Shown one piece after another: positions 47,743 through 58,485 of a stretch of 64,000 nt of DNA (position 1 is its first letter; each line of letters starts with the position of its first letter). This DNA is from Candidatus Omnitrophica bacterium UBA6253 (GTDB lineage Bacteria; Omnitrophota; Gorgyraeia; Gygaellales; Profunditerraquicolaceae), in contig DJVP01000012.1 of assembly GCA_002441245.1 (NCBI GenBank), positions 116,547 through 180,546 of the forward strand, in the 5' to 3' direction. The position numbers and the translations under genes were made by a program. The notes under the pieces were generated by a model that worked only from the letters and a program-made list of their open reading frames with translations, did not search any database and was not told where the DNA came from.

Positions 47743-49014
47743 TCAATCAATTAACAACTGTTTGATAGCCTCAATATTCTTTTTGGTCGCACCCCTGTTA
47801 CTGATAATCAATTCATAAGCGTGTTCAACCAATTGCTCAGCCGACAGATCACTAGATAATATTTCTTTTGTTTTACTGGCCAACTCTCGTGAATCACACA
47901 CCATAACAGCAGCCTTATTCTTCAAAAACAATTTGCTAATATCCCGGAAGTTAAACATATGAGGACCAAAGATCACCGGCTTTTTTTGACTTGCCGGTTC
48001 AAGGATATTGTGGCCGCCGGTCTTAACCAGGCTACCTCCGACAAAAACAATATCCGCAGCAGCATAATAGTTAAGCAGCTCCCCCATAACATCAAGAATA
48101 AACACAGGATTATTAATATGGACAGGAGATGCCCCGGATATGCTTGAAATAAAAACCGGCATAAAATCCTGCTGCGAAATTAATCTTCCGACATCCCCGC
48201 AGCGTTCCGGATGCCGCGGGACAAGCAGTAATTTTAACTTTGGGAAAGTAAATAAAAGTTCTTTGTAGGCCTCAATAATTATCTCTTCTTCTCCGGGGTG
48301 CGTACTGCCGCAAACCCATAACTTATCATCTAAATCCAGCCAAAGCTTATTGCGGATAAAAAAAGGATCAAATCCTGCTATTGCCTCTAAATTAATGTCA
48401 AACTTGACATTTCCTGTAACCTGGACGTTCCCTTTATCTACTCCCAAATCTGCTAATCGCAAGGCATCAGTTTCCGTTTGCACGCAGAACTTACCAACCT
48501 TCCTTAAAATCGGCCGGATAAGCAATCTTATCGCGCGGTAGCCGGAATAAGAATTATCGGATATCCTGCCATTAACCGTAATTATCGGAATCTTCTGTTT
48601 ATACAGACAATTAATTAAGTTCGGCCAAATTTCTGTTTCAGCAATAATAAACAGACAGGGGTTAATCTTCTTTATTACCTTCTTAACAATAAAACTCAAA
48701 TCCAAGGGAAGATAAGTCAGGAGGTCGCCATCATTGATTAGCCCCCGGGCGATTTTATTGCCGGTTGCGGTTACAGTGGAAATAACTAATTTCTTATGCG
48801 GATAGGCCTTTCTTAATTCACCGACCAACCCCTTTATGGAAACAGCCTCTCCTACGCTTACCGCATGTATCCAAATCGGCTTATCCAGGTTTAAATTATC
48901 CGGCAAAAACCCGAAACGCCTGAAGAACCCATAATGGAACTTACCCTTAAGTAAATATACCGGCAGATAAATTAATACGAAAATTAAAATTATTAAATCA
49001 TAAAGCAGGAACAT
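47743..49014 (-). CDS. waaA: 3-deoxy-D-manno-octulosonic acid (Kdo) transferase
   Basis: IWIHAVSVGEAVSIKGLV N-terminal motif and GT30 fold. Confidence 0.85.
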   Translation of the reverse strand: MFLLYDLIILIFVLIYLPVYLLKGKFHYGFFRRFGFLPDNLNLDKPIWIHAVSVGEAVSIKGLVGELRKAYPHKKLVISTVTATGNKIARGLINDGDLLTYLPLDLSFIVKKVIKKINPCLFIIAETEIWPNLINCLYKQKIPIITVNGRISDNSYSGYRAIRLLIRPILRKVGKFCVQTETDALRLADLGVDKGNVQVTGNVKFDINLEAIAGFDPFFIRNKLWLDLDDKLWVCGSTHPGEEEIIIEAYKELLFTFPKLKLLLVPRHPERCGDVGRLISQQDFMPVFISSISGASPVHINNPVFILDVMGELLNYYAAADIVFVGGSLVKTGGHNILEPASQKKPVIFGPHMFNFRDISKLFLKNKAAVMVCDSRELASKTKEILSSDLSAEQLVEHAYELIISNRGATKKNIEAIKQLLID

Positions 49015-49066
49015 TGTTTTGTTTTTCCCTATATACTACCTACAATATACTCTAGCTACTGCTCTC

Positions 49067-49942
49067 CTACGCATGGGGATGCGCCTTATCGTAAACGCTC
49101 TTCAGTTTTTCGGTTGTTAAATGCGTATAAATCTGCGTCGTGGATAGATTAGCATGCCCCAGGAGCTCCTGTACCGTACGCAGGTCTGCCCCACGATTTA
49201 AAAGATGTGTAGCAAAAGAATGCCGGAAGGTGTGCGCAGAGACCCCCGGTTTTATCTCAGCCAAATGCAGGTATTTTACCAAAATATAGCGCACCCCGCG
49301 CGTAGTAATGCGCCGGTAATTATTGTTTAAGAATACGGCAGATGACTCTTTCTTCCTTTTACCTAAATATCCCCTGATAGCTAAAAGCGCCGCTTCGCCG
49401 ATCGGGGCTATCCTTTCTTTCTTGCCTTTACCTCTGATCTTTACAATTCCACTGATAAAATCAATGTCGTCTAAGTTTAATCCCACCAGCTCTGAAATAC
49501 GCAGGCCGCTGGAGTAAAATGTCTCTAAAATTGCCCGGTCGCGTAACCCCAGGATGTCTGTCCCGCTCCTGGCAAAAGCTGACTCAATAAGCTTCTTAAC
49601 CTCCTCTTCCGTCATAAACGAAGGCAGGTGCCTATCCAGCTTCGGGCTGGAGAGCATAAGAATCGGATTTGTTTTTATGTAACCTTCACGGGATAGGAAT
49701 CTAAAAAAACTGCGTAAAGCTGAAAGCCGGCGGCCGACTGTACGGTTTCCTAAATTCTTTTCCTTTAATACCGCCAGATATTTTCTAAGAGCAAGATAAT
49801 CTATCTTTTCTAATTCCGCGCCGGCAAGAAACCTGCCAAAATCATTAAGGTCTAATTTATAATTGACGACGGTGTGGGCAGAATAATTCTTTTCTATTTC
49901 CAGATAGCGGATAAACTTTTCAATATATTTTTCCATATACAC
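49067..49942 (-). CDS. Tyrosine recombinase XerC/XerD
   Basis: R...HTFRHSFATHLL...LGHANLSTTQIYTH catalytic motifs. Housekeeping context next to topA. Confidence 0.8.
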   Translation of the reverse strand: MYMEKYIEKFIRYLEIEKNYSAHTVVNYKLDLNDFGRFLAGAELEKIDYLALRKYLAVLKEKNLGNRTVGRRLSALRSFFRFLSREGYIKTNPILMLSSPKLDRHLPSFMTEEEVKKLIESAFARSGTDILGLRDRAILETFYSSGLRISELVGLNLDDIDFISGIVKIRGKGKKERIAPIGEAALLAIRGYLGKRKKESSAVFLNNNYRRITTRGVRYILVKYLHLAEIKPGVSAHTFRHSFATHLLNRGADLRTVQELLGHANLSTTQIYTHLTTEKLKSVYDKAHPHA

Positions 49943-49948
49943 CCAGGC

Positions 49949-51943
49949 TTATTCTTTATTTTCCGGTAAGGTGCGCGAGGTAAAGGTACACTTAGGAAAA
50001 TTTGAACAACCAAAGAAAAATCCGCGTTTTGAACGCCGTTCAATCAATTCTCCGCCGCAATTATCTATAGGGCATTTAACCCCTGAAGTAATAGATTTTG
50101 AATTCTTGCATGCCGGAAAACCCGAACAACTTAAAAATTTTCCCCGCCTGCCCCACTTCACAATCAAGGGTTTGCCGCATTTATCGCAAGACTGATCAGT
50201 AGTTATAATTTCTTTCTTAATATTCGCCTGGGCAAAATCAAGGCTCTCTTTAAAGGGCGCGTAGAACTCTTCTAATACTTCAATGCGCTTAAGCCTGCCT
50301 TCTTCAATTTCATCCAACCTCTCCTCCATAAGCGCAGTAAACTTGACATCTATAATCTTTGGAAAATATTCTACCAGCATATCACTTACCTTAAAGCCCA
50401 ATTCTGTAGGATTAAGATATCCCTTAATCCGGCGCACATAATCACGTAAAATAAGCGTATACATAATCGGCGCGTAAGTTGAAGGCCGGCCAATTCCTTC
50501 TTCTTCCAATGCCTTTACTAAAGAACTGTCCGAGAACCTCGGTGGCGGTTTGGTAAAATGCTGTGAAGGAGTAAGTTTATCTAAAGCAAGCGTCTCTCCC
50601 TGGACAAGGGGAGGAATCACATTCTTATTCTTATCTTTCTCATCCTCCTGGCCTTCTTTTTCCTCTTCCTCGGTTTTGTTATAAGCAGCCAAAAAACCTT
50701 CAAAAAGTAAATGACTGCCATTGGCTACAAATAGATATTTTCCCGCTGCAATGTCCACCGCAGTAGCAAGAAACTCCGCGCTTTTCATCTGACTTGCTAA
50801 GAAACGGTTATAGATTAGCTCATATAAACGAAACTGATCATGCGTGAGAAAATCCTTCATGCTTTCCGGAGAACGCGAGATATAGCTTGGCCGGATTGCC
50901 TCATGCGCCTGCTGCGCGGACTTCTTGGCCTTAAAAACATTAGGATTCTCAGGAAGGAAATCTTTGCCAAAAATCCTGCCGATATGCTCACGCACCTCAA
51001 CAATAGCTTCAGGAGCAGTATTCGGCGAATCCGTACGCATATATGTGATTAAACCCAGCGGGTTATCCCCGCCGATATCAACCCCCTCATAAAGCTGCTG
51101 CGCCACTATCATGGTCTTTGAAGCATTGAACCTTAGCTTATTAAACGCCTCCTGTTGCATTGTGCTGGTAATAAACGGCGCCGGGGCATAACGTTTTTTT
51201 TCCGTTTGTTTGATTTCAACAACTTTAAACTCTTTATTCTCTAGTTCATCTACAATATCCTGCGCGTCTTTTTGGGTCTTGATCTCCGTTTTCTTATTCT
51301 CGATTTTCTCAAGCTTAGCGCAAAAATTACTCTCTCCGGAAACTTTAGGTTTAAATAATTCCGCAGCAATCTCCCAATACTCATTGGCGCAAAATGCCTG
51401 GATCTGCCGTTCCCTTTCCACAATCAATCTGAGGGCTACGGATTGTACCCGGCCAGCGCTTAAACCACGGGCGAGCTTCTTCCAAAGTAAAGGGCTTAAG
51501 AAATATCCGACAATCCGGTCAAGCACCCTGCGGCCTACCTGGGCTTCAATCATATTGTTATCAAACTCACGGGCGGCTTTAAATGCCTCCCCTACCGCAT
51601 GCGGAGTAATCTCATGAAAACTTACCCGCAACACATCCTTACCCTTAAAAACCCTTTCCTTTATCTGCCAGCCGATTGCCTCACCCTCACGGTCAGGGTC
51701 GGTTGCTACATATATTCTTTCTTTTTCCTTTGAATCTTTTCTCAACTGAGCCATTAATTTCTTTCTGGATGGAATAACCACATACTCCGGTTTAAATTTA
51801 TTATCAATATCGACCCCCAGCTCTTTCTGCGGCAGGTCAATAATATGCCCCATAGAAGAAACTACGGTATAATCTGCGCCTAATATCTTGCCTATGGTCT
51901 TGGCCTTAGTAGGTGATTCAACAATAACCAGATTTTTACTCAT
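49949..51943 (-). CDS. topA: DNA topoisomerase I with C-terminal zinc-ribbon repeats
   Basis: TOPRIM N-terminus LVIVESPTKAKTI, active-site region, and three C4 zinc ribbons at the C-terminus. Confidence 0.9.
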   Translation of the reverse strand: MSKNLVIVESPTKAKTIGKILGADYTVVSSMGHIIDLPQKELGVDIDNKFKPEYVVIPSRKKLMAQLRKDSKEKERIYVATDPDREGEAIGWQIKERVFKGKDVLRVSFHEITPHAVGEAFKAAREFDNNMIEAQVGRRVLDRIVGYFLSPLLWKKLARGLSAGRVQSVALRLIVERERQIQAFCANEYWEIAAELFKPKVSGESNFCAKLEKIENKKTEIKTQKDAQDIVDELENKEFKVVEIKQTEKKRYAPAPFITSTMQQEAFNKLRFNASKTMIVAQQLYEGVDIGGDNPLGLITYMRTDSPNTAPEAIVEVREHIGRIFGKDFLPENPNVFKAKKSAQQAHEAIRPSYISRSPESMKDFLTHDQFRLYELIYNRFLASQMKSAEFLATAVDIAAGKYLFVANGSHLLFEGFLAAYNKTEEEEKEGQEDEKDKNKNVIPPLVQGETLALDKLTPSQHFTKPPPRFSDSSLVKALEEEGIGRPSTYAPIMYTLILRDYVRRIKGYLNPTELGFKVSDMLVEYFPKIIDVKFTALMEERLDEIEEGRLKRIEVLEEFYAPFKESLDFAQANIKKEIITTDQSCDKCGKPLIVKWGRRGKFLSCSGFPACKNSKSITSGVKCPIDNCGGELIERRSKRGFFFGCSNFPKCTFTSRTLPENKE

Positions 51944-53029
51944 TTAACTCCTTATAAAATGTTTTCCCGGTAATTCTTTGATTAATTTCTTAAATTGTAA
52001 TTTTAAAATCAGGCCTGAAATTTGACTATTGGTCAAAGATGTCTTTTCCATTAAATCATCTATTGCCACTGCTTTATGGCTTATGCAATTGTAAAGCACA
52101 TTTTCTTCTTTTGCACACGAAATATTCTCCTCTAATTCCGGCCCGACCTGATTATTTTCTTTAAAAATACTCAAATTTAATTCTTCAAGTATATCTTCAC
52201 TACAGGTAACCAGCTTTGCACCCTGCTTGAGCAATTCATTAGTCCCCATTGAAACACAAGTATCAATCCTGCCCGGCAAAGCAAAAACATCCCTGCCCTG
52301 CTCCAAAGCAAAATCCACAGTAATCAACGCCCCGCTATTTCTGGCTGCCTCAGTAACCAAAACCCCTAAACTCAAACCGCTGATCAGACGGTTGCGCCGG
52401 GGAAAATTATGCGCCAATGGCTTTGTATCCATAGAAAATTCAGAAACTACTGCTCCATTTTTAGATATCTGCTCGGCCAGGCCACGGTTTTCCGGAGGAT
52501 AAATATGGTTAAAACCGCTCCCCATCACCGCGATCGTACGGCCGGCAGCTTTTAACGCTCCGCGATGGGCGTAAGTATCCACTCCGCGGGCCATCCCGGA
52601 TACAATAGTCAGGTTATTTAAAGCCAGCTCCGCGGCAAATTTCTCTGCGCTGCTTAAACCATAAAGTGATGCCCGGCGTGAACCGACAATACCCAAGCTT
52701 AAACTATCAACCTCGGTTATCCCGCCTGAAACATAAAGCACAATCGGGGCTCCGGGAATAGGCTTTAAGTTTTGAGGGTACCCTTGGTCAAAGAGCGTAA
52801 TAATTTCAAGGCCTGCTTTTTTAGCCTGAGTCAAATCATTCTCTAGATTCCTGGTGTCAAACGAAACAATATTTTCGCTGATCCGGCAGCCCACAACCGA
52901 CTCCAGACTCTGTCGGCTGGCTTTAAATATCTCCTGCGGCTTATCAAAATATTTAAGCAGGCGCCCTAAACATACACTGCCTATCTGCGGGATAAGGTTC
53001 AGGCTTACCAATGACTCAAGGCTATTCAT
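51944..53029 (-). CDS. dprA: DNA processing protein DprA/Smf
   Basis: GMARGVDTYAHRGAL...MGSGFNHIYP Rossmann-like DprA core. Classic smf-topA synteny. Confidence 0.85.
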   Translation of the reverse strand: MNSLESLVSLNLIPQIGSVCLGRLLKYFDKPQEIFKASRQSLESVVGCRISENIVSFDTRNLENDLTQAKKAGLEIITLFDQGYPQNLKPIPGAPIVLYVSGGITEVDSLSLGIVGSRRASLYGLSSAEKFAAELALNNLTIVSGMARGVDTYAHRGALKAAGRTIAVMGSGFNHIYPPENRGLAEQISKNGAVVSEFSMDTKPLAHNFPRRNRLISGLSLGVLVTEAARNSGALITVDFALEQGRDVFALPGRIDTCVSMGTNELLKQGAKLVTCSEDILEELNLSIFKENNQVGPELEENISCAKEENVLYNCISHKAVAIDDLMEKTSLTNSQISGLILKLQFKKLIKELPGKHFIRS

Positions 53030-53532
53030 TTCTTACTGGCAAGTATTTTAGATATTTTATTAACCACCTGTTTAATTGAAAAATGCGTTGTATCAATTAA
53101 TTTGTCGGCTTGCATATAATAAGGCGCGCGCATTTTCAATAAAGTTTCTATACGTTTTTGCGGCTTGCCTACATTCAAAAGCGGCCGGCCTTTATTTGCA
53201 GAAACCCTCCTTAATATTTCTTCGGGGCTTGCATAAAGGCAAATCATTATTCCGGTTCTCTTCATTAAATTAATATTGTCTTTATCTAAGACCACTCCGC
53301 CGCCGCAGGCAACCACAGATTTCTTTTGCGCAGAGACCTGCTTTAAAGCCTTCTTCTCAATTTTGCGGAAATACGCCTCGCCGTCTTTGGCAAAAATATC
53401 TACGATCCTGCGCCGCTCCTTCAATTCAATCAGCTCATCTAAATCAACAAAGCTAGATCCCCTCTCTTTAGCCAATTGGCATCCGACAGAAGATTTCCCG
53501 GTACCCATAAATCCTACTAAATATACATTCAT
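53026..53532 (-). CDS. aroK: Shikimate kinase
   Basis: NVYLVGFMGTGKSSVG P-loop, 168 aa. Confidence 0.85.
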   Translation of the reverse strand: MNVYLVGFMGTGKSSVGCQLAKERGSSFVDLDELIELKERRRIVDIFAKDGEAYFRKIEKKALKQVSAQKKSVVACGGGVVLDKDNINLMKRTGIMICLYASPEEILRRVSANKGRPLLNVGKPQKRIETLLKMRAPYYMQADKLIDTTHFSIKQVVNKISKILASKK

Positions 53533-53585
53533 TTTTTATGCAGGGACGGCTCTAAACTTTGACTTTAGAACCGTCCCCGGGATAG

Positions 53586-53846
53586 CTAACTATTATACGC
53601 TTCCAATACTGTTTCGCTTATCTGCTGCTTCAACTCTTTGGTAACAGGATAAACCGTGTTATACCATTTACCATCTTTTCCTTGATGGCGCGGCATGCTC
53701 ACAAACAAACCCCTGCTGCCGCTTACTACACTGAAACCCTTGACCACAATTCCCGAGATTGAAATATCAACAAAGGCCTTAAGTTTTGAATCGCTGTCTA
53801 ATTTACAGACCCGGCTGACACTTATTACCTTCTCCATCTTGATCAC
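53586..53846 (-). CDS. spoVG: SpoVG-family protein
   Basis: KLKAFVDISISGIVVKGFSVVSGSRGLFVSMP...YPVTKELKQQISETVLEAY parallels SpoVG. Confidence 0.7.
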   Translation of the reverse strand: MIKMEKVISVSRVCKLDSDSKLKAFVDISISGIVVKGFSVVSGSRGLFVSMPRHQGKDGKWYNTVYPVTKELKQQISETVLEAYNS

Positions 53847-53907
53847 CCCTTTCTGTTACAATAGACGAAAGAGGCACGATTATCTAACTTTATATCTTTT
53901 TAGAAAA

Positions 53908-54195
53908 TCAGAATGCGGTTTCGGTATAGACATCATAACGGCTGATACTTTTACCTACCTGTGCATAATCCAGTTCTTCAATTGTCTTTTCAAATGGCTT
54001 AGTAGCTCCAGCAGACAGGCCATTAATAGTAAATACCACATTGGCTACTGAAATATTCTTCATATAAAGTATAATCCGCACTGCCACAGTAGAATAGTTT
54101 TTATCGGTATTATTAATGACCTCACCTTTTACAACTACTTCTTTGGTATTCTCGGATTTTTTAATTTCTATATGATAATAATTAAAGTTAGGCAT
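53908..54195 (-). CDS. Hypothetical 95-aa protein
   Basis: ORF between aroC and spoVG. No motif recognised. Confidence 0.35.
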   Translation of the reverse strand: MPNFNYYHIEIKKSENTKEVVVKGEVINNTDKNYSTVAVRIILYMKNISVANVVFTINGLSAGATKPFEKTIEELDYAQVGKSISRYDVYTETAF

Positions 54196-55234
54196 GAGAT
54201 ATTCTACCCCTGTAATTAGCGTAAGTCTTTTTGATATCGATTAAGGAATCTGAACCGAATTTCTCAAGGAATGCATCAGCTAAAACGAGCGCGCATGCCG
54301 ATTCAGCCACCACGCCGGCAGATTCCACCACGCACACATCCGAACGCTCAATAGCAGCCTTAGCGGATTTCTTGGTTTTAATATTTACCGAATCCAGCGG
54401 ATTCATCAAAGTTGCAATCGGCTTCATGCAGGCGCGTAAAATAATCTCCTGCCCGTTAGATACCCCGCCTTCAATGCCTCCGGCATTATTAGTCCTGCGG
54501 CAATACCCCTTACCTTTATTGTAATAAATCGCATCGTGCACTTCTGAACCAAAACTAACCGCATACCCTAAACCCAGACCGACCTCAAAAGACTTAATCC
54601 CCGGGATAGATATGATAGAACCTGCCAAACGGCTGTCCAGCCTGCGGTCAGCCTGCACATAACTACCCAGACCTACTGGGACTTTTTTGGCAACTACCTC
54701 AAAAACTCCTCCTATCGTATCCTTATTCTTAATCGCCTCGGTTATTTTTGCGGCTACCCCTTTAACAGTAACCTCGCCCCCTACCGATAAAACTCTGCTT
54801 GAAATAGTTATGCCGAATTCACCCAGGAGTTCTTTGCACAAAGCCCCTAAAGCAACTGTAGCTGCGGTGCTGCGCGCCGAGGCGCGTTCCAACACCTCCC
54901 TTATATCTGTAAAACCATATTTCAACAAACCGGCTAAATCCGCATGGCCTGGCCGGGCAGCCATTACCTTATGCAGGCTTTCGATACTTGCGTCTTTATT
55001 TTTTATCAATAAAGTAACCGGGCTGCCAAGAGTAATGTTATTTTTTAAACCAGAACTTATCTCTACCCGGTCATTCTCTATCTGCATACGCTTGCCCCGC
55101 CCAAACCCGGACTGCCTGCGTTTTAACTCTTTATTCATCCGGCTCACATCTACCTTAAGTCCGGCGGGAAAACCCTCCAGTATAGCCACGATTGCCTTTC
55201 CGTGCGATTCACCTGCAGTTAAATATCTTAACAT
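54188..55234 (-). CDS. aroC: Chorismate synthase
   Basis: LRYLTAGESHGKA N-terminus, GRSSARETA-like region, 348 aa. Confidence 0.9.
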   Translation of the reverse strand: MLRYLTAGESHGKAIVAILEGFPAGLKVDVSRMNKELKRRQSGFGRGKRMQIENDRVEISSGLKNNITLGSPVTLLIKNKDASIESLHKVMAARPGHADLAGLLKYGFTDIREVLERASARSTAATVALGALCKELLGEFGITISSRVLSVGGEVTVKGVAAKITEAIKNKDTIGGVFEVVAKKVPVGLGSYVQADRRLDSRLAGSIISIPGIKSFEVGLGLGYAVSFGSEVHDAIYYNKGKGYCRRTNNAGGIEGGVSNGQEIILRACMKPIATLMNPLDSVNIKTKKSAKAAIERSDVCVVESAGVVAESACALVLADAFLEKFGSDSLIDIKKTYANYRGRISHA

Positions 55235-55244
55235 AATATTCCTC

Positions 55245-55829
55245 CTATTGCCTCCAGAGCCCGCGCTTATTTTCGCGCGCCTCTCGATATAATCTTGAAA
55301 ATAAATCCGCGTATTTCACATTTGGCGGATAAGTCATTAAAGACGCATAACCCTCTTCAACAATCATAGCATTCAAGAATCTTCCGTCGGGTAAATAAAC
55401 ATAGGCTAAAATCCTGTTATATCGATCATACCTTTCTTTGTCAAACTCCAACCTTACGCGTTTTCCTTCAGCCATCTGCCTAGTAAAACCATAAGACTGC
55501 CTGCCCAATTGTTTAATTATATCAATACCCTGTCCGCTTCGCCTGGCATCACGATGGAGTTTAGCAGATTCGTGCATCTCGGGAGTATCAATCCCCAGTA
55601 ATCGCACGTATTCTCCATTTTCCAGTTTTAATGTATCCCCATCAACTACTCTCTTTACCAGTATATTACTATAGTCATAATTACTGCCGATAAGAGAAAA
55701 CCGGTTCGACTCTTTTTTAGAATCCATGCAGGGATTCAAAAAATTAGCAAAGAAATATCCCGCTAAAACCAATACCCCTGAAACTAATAAAAAAACAAAT
55801 TTCTTATTCCGTGTCTTTTTCCTGCTCAT
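55245..55829 (-). CDS. Membrane-anchored staphylococcal-nuclease (SNase/thermonuclease)-like nuclease
   Basis: N-terminal TM, then VVDGDTLKL...RLLGIDTPE...R...Y SNase motifs. Confidence 0.75.
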   Translation of the reverse strand: MSRKKTRNKKFVFLLVSGVLVLAGYFFANFLNPCMDSKKESNRFSLIGSNYDYSNILVKRVVDGDTLKLENGEYVRLLGIDTPEMHESAKLHRDARRSGQGIDIIKQLGRQSYGFTRQMAEGKRVRLEFDKERYDRYNRILAYVYLPDGRFLNAMIVEEGYASLMTYPPNVKYADLFSRLYREARENKRGLWRQ

Positions 55830-56383
55830 AGCTGAGAGGCAATAATCTGGGCTAATACCACAATATCTTCAGTACAGAAAATATTCTTTATACTTGAGTC
55901 AAAATACATATTTGCATCAGGCGCAAACTCCGTGTCCTGCTTCCACAACTTAACCAGCACCGGCACATCTATAAATGCCTCGATGATCAGGCTGGCATCT
56001 CCTCCGTCTGATTGCCTTGCCGGCAACCGGCATAAAATATCTTTTAAGGCATCCGGATTCTTGCCGTATTTACGGACTATCGGCTTAATGCAGCGCCTGT
56101 GAAACGCTTCATAATAACCTTGCCCCCCGGGAAATTCCCTGAAGGTAAGCCACCGGCCGCTTGGCGCAGGTAACCCTTTTAATTTTTGCGCCAAATAATG
56201 TAAAAGCAGGATACTTACAAAATCCTTTGCCGGGATATTACAGGAGGAGGAAAGGACTTTTCTTTCCCGGATATTTATACTGTATCCATCCGCCAGGAAT
56301 TTGACTAATAAATTCTTGGCAGGATTAGGGTTAAGATTAGATAAATCCTCCCAGGCCTTATTAAGTGCTGCCTCATAGCCCAT
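55826..56383 (-). CDS. Hypothetical protein, 4-nt overlap with the SNase-like gene (possible DUF3786-like; unverified)
   Basis: 185 aa, several Cys, no recognised catalytic motif. Confidence 0.4.
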   Translation of the reverse strand: MGYEAALNKAWEDLSNLNPNPAKNLLVKFLADGYSINIRERKVLSSSCNIPAKDFVSILLLHYLAQKLKGLPAPSGRWLTFREFPGGQGYYEAFHRRCIKPIVRKYGKNPDALKDILCRLPARQSDGGDASLIIEAFIDVPVLVKLWKQDTEFAPDANMYFDSSIKNIFCTEDIVVLAQIIASQL

Positions 56384-56560
56384 ATTTTATTATATAATTA
56401 TTATCGCATAAATCAATGATTTTAGATAGCGGCGCTGTCTTGGCTTGCCGCATGCCGAAAGATGACGATAAAAAAAGAACATCTTTGTTCCAAGGAGAGG
56501 CTTACTCCTAAAGAACGGGGATACTTTTAACGACAGGGCCCCAAGGCAAACATTATTATA

Positions 56561-56588
56561 TTGCGGTTGCGGTTTTTTGACTTATAAT
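56561..56588 (+). promoter_or_regulatory. Possible sigma70 promoter (TTGCGG-16-TATAAT) that would give a leaderless helicase mRNA
   Basis: TATAAT at 56583-56588 lies 7 nt before the helicase ATG at 56596, with no SD sequence. Confidence 0.3.
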
Positions 56589-56595
56589 AGAAACT

Positions 56596-58485
56596 ATGAT
56601 TTACGACAGGTTCCAGCAGGAAGCCATTAACCACATCAATAACGGCCACTCGGTAATCGTCTCAGCTCCAACCGGCGCAGGCAAGACCGTTATTGCCGAA
56701 CACATTATTTCTTCATGTATTGCAACTAAAGAATGTTCGGCAGGCGTAATCTACACCGCACCTATTAAAGCCCTCTCCAATCAGAAATTCCGAGACTTTC
56801 AAGGCCAATTTCAGGATAATATCGGAATTCTTACCGGTGATGTTTCCATTAACCCCCAGGCCCCGGTCTTGATCATGACTACGGAGATCTTCCGCAACAA
56901 AATACTGGATGAGCCGGAAAGCCTTAATAAATACTCCTGGATTATTTTTGATGAGATCCATTATATTGATAATCCCGAACGCGGCACGGTTTGGGAAGAA
57001 TCCCTGATCTTTCTCCCTAAGCATATGAATCTGTTGGGGCTGTCAGCAACTATTCCCAATATTAAACAATTCGCTTCCTGGATTGAATCCATACATAATA
57101 AACCTATCAAAGTAGTGATCGAAGAAAACCGGCCCGTGCCTTTGCATTTTCTTTTCCAGTGCCAGAATGAAATAGTGGATAAAATTGAACGCCTTAAGCG
57201 CCTGCGCTCAAGTAAGCCTAACAGGCTCAATTCGCTGGTCGATTACCTGCGCGGAAACGACGGATTACCGGCGATATATTTTGTCTTCAGCCGCAAGCGC
57301 GCTGAAGAATTGGCCCAAGACCTCTACGGATTTAAATTTTTAGATGCCAAGGAAAGCCGCGCAATCACCCAGATGTATGAAGATTTAATGGTGCGTTTTA
57401 ATCTAAAACATGAACAATCAGCGCAAATCCTTTACCCTCTGGTGCAGCGCGGGATCGCCTATCACCACGCAGGTATGCTGCCGACATTAAAAGAAGTAAT
57501 TGAAAGGCTTTTTACCAGCCGCCTGCTTAAGGTTATCTTTACCACCGAAACCTTTGCCCTAGGAATTAATATGCCCAGCCGTTCTGTTATGTTCGACGGC
57601 CTGCGTAAATTCTACGGTACCTATGTGCGTAATTTAAAAACGCGCGATTTCTACCAGATGGCCGGCCGTGCCGGAAGGCGCGGCATCGACAAGGAAGGAT
57701 TTGTTTATACACGGGTTAACCCGCAGAGGATAAATTTCGAAGAGGTTAACAGGATAATTTTCGGTAAACCCGAGGAGGTAAAAAGCCAGCTCAACACATC
57801 CTATGCCACCATCCTTAACCTTTACGAAAAATACCAGGAGGATTTATTTAAAATATATCCCCTATCTTTGCATTACTATCAATCAAATAAAAATGAACAG
57901 AAACAGGCATTAAACCTGCTGGATGCAAAGCTCAGACTATTAAAAGAATTAAATTATATCCATGAAGGAAAGCTTTCGGAAAAAGGCAAGTTCGCAAAAA
58001 CCGTTTACGGTTATGAATTGGTACTGGCGGAATTATATGACCAGAATATACTTGAACAGCTGGATGAATTCGAATTAGGGGTAACGGCCTCTGCGGTTGT
58101 ATTTGAGCCGCGCAAGAATCAACGTATGCCTACAGGCATATCCAAGTCTGCTCGCGCGCTCAAGCGCATCTGCGAAGAGAATTACAACCGGATAAAAGAT
58201 AAAGAACGCCGCTACAAAATTTACCCCTTCAGCAAACTCCCCTATTTTCATCTATGCTCAAGCATGGAGGCATGGCTGCGCGGGACAAACTTTGATAAGA
58301 CCCTACAGATGACTGATTGCGACGAAGGCGAGGTAGTGCGTTATTTCAGGATGAGCGTACAGGTTTTAAGGGAAATCTCACAGGCTCCGATTGCCTCATA
58401 CCTGCTTAAAGATAAAATAAAAGAAACCATCCGCGTGATAAACCGCGATATTGTTGACGCAGAAAAACAACTCCGCGAAGGCTAA
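56596..58485 (+). CDS. Ski2-like/DEAD-DEAH superfamily 2 helicase
   Basis: Q-motif F..QQEAI, motif I APTGAGKT, motif [26 protein letters not shown]-terminal arch/accessory region. Confidence 0.8.
   Translation: MIYDRFQQEAINHINNGHSVIVSAPTGAGKTVIAEHIISSCIATKECSAGVIYTAPIKALSNQKFRDFQGQFQDNIGILTGDVSINPQAPVLIMTTEIFRNKILDEPESLNKYSWIIFDEIHYIDNPERGTVWEESLIFLPKHMNLLGLSATIPNIKQFASWIESIHNKPIKVVIEENRPVPLHFLFQCQNEIVDKIERLKRLRSSKPNRLNSLVDYLRGNDGLPAIYFVFSRKRAEELAQDLYGFKFLDAKESRAITQMYEDLMVRFNLKHEQSAQILYPLVQRGIAYHHAGMLPTLKEVIERLFTSRLLKVIFTTETFALGINMPSRSVMFDGLRKFYGTYVRNLKTRDFYQMAGRAGRRGIDKEGFVYTRVNPQRINFEEVNRIIFGKPEEVKSQLNTSYATILNLYEKYQEDLFKIYPLSLHYYQSNKNEQKQALNLLDAKLRLLKELNYIHEGKLSEKGKFAKTVYGYELVLAELYDQNILEQLDEFELGVTASAVVFEPRKNQRMPTGISKSARALKRICEENYNRIKDKERRYKIYPFSKLPYFHLCSSMEAWLRGTNFDKTLQMTDCDEGEVVRYFRMSVQVLREISQAPIASYLLKDKIKETIRVINRDIVDAEKQLREG

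Noticed and set aside
49067-49942. Tyrosine recombinase as a possible integrase of a mobile element or prophage boundary
   Set aside because: It has the XerC/XerD-type motifs and sits in a conserved housekeeping context (topA, dprA, aroK). No flanking tRNA, direct repeats or phage genes are visible.
56384-56595. 212-bp divergent intergenic region as a possible ncRNA or riboswitch
   Set aside because: Only weak, short stem-loops (CCAAGG repeats) and no recognisable riboswitch consensus. It is better explained as a bidirectional promoter region, so only a tentative promoter is reported.
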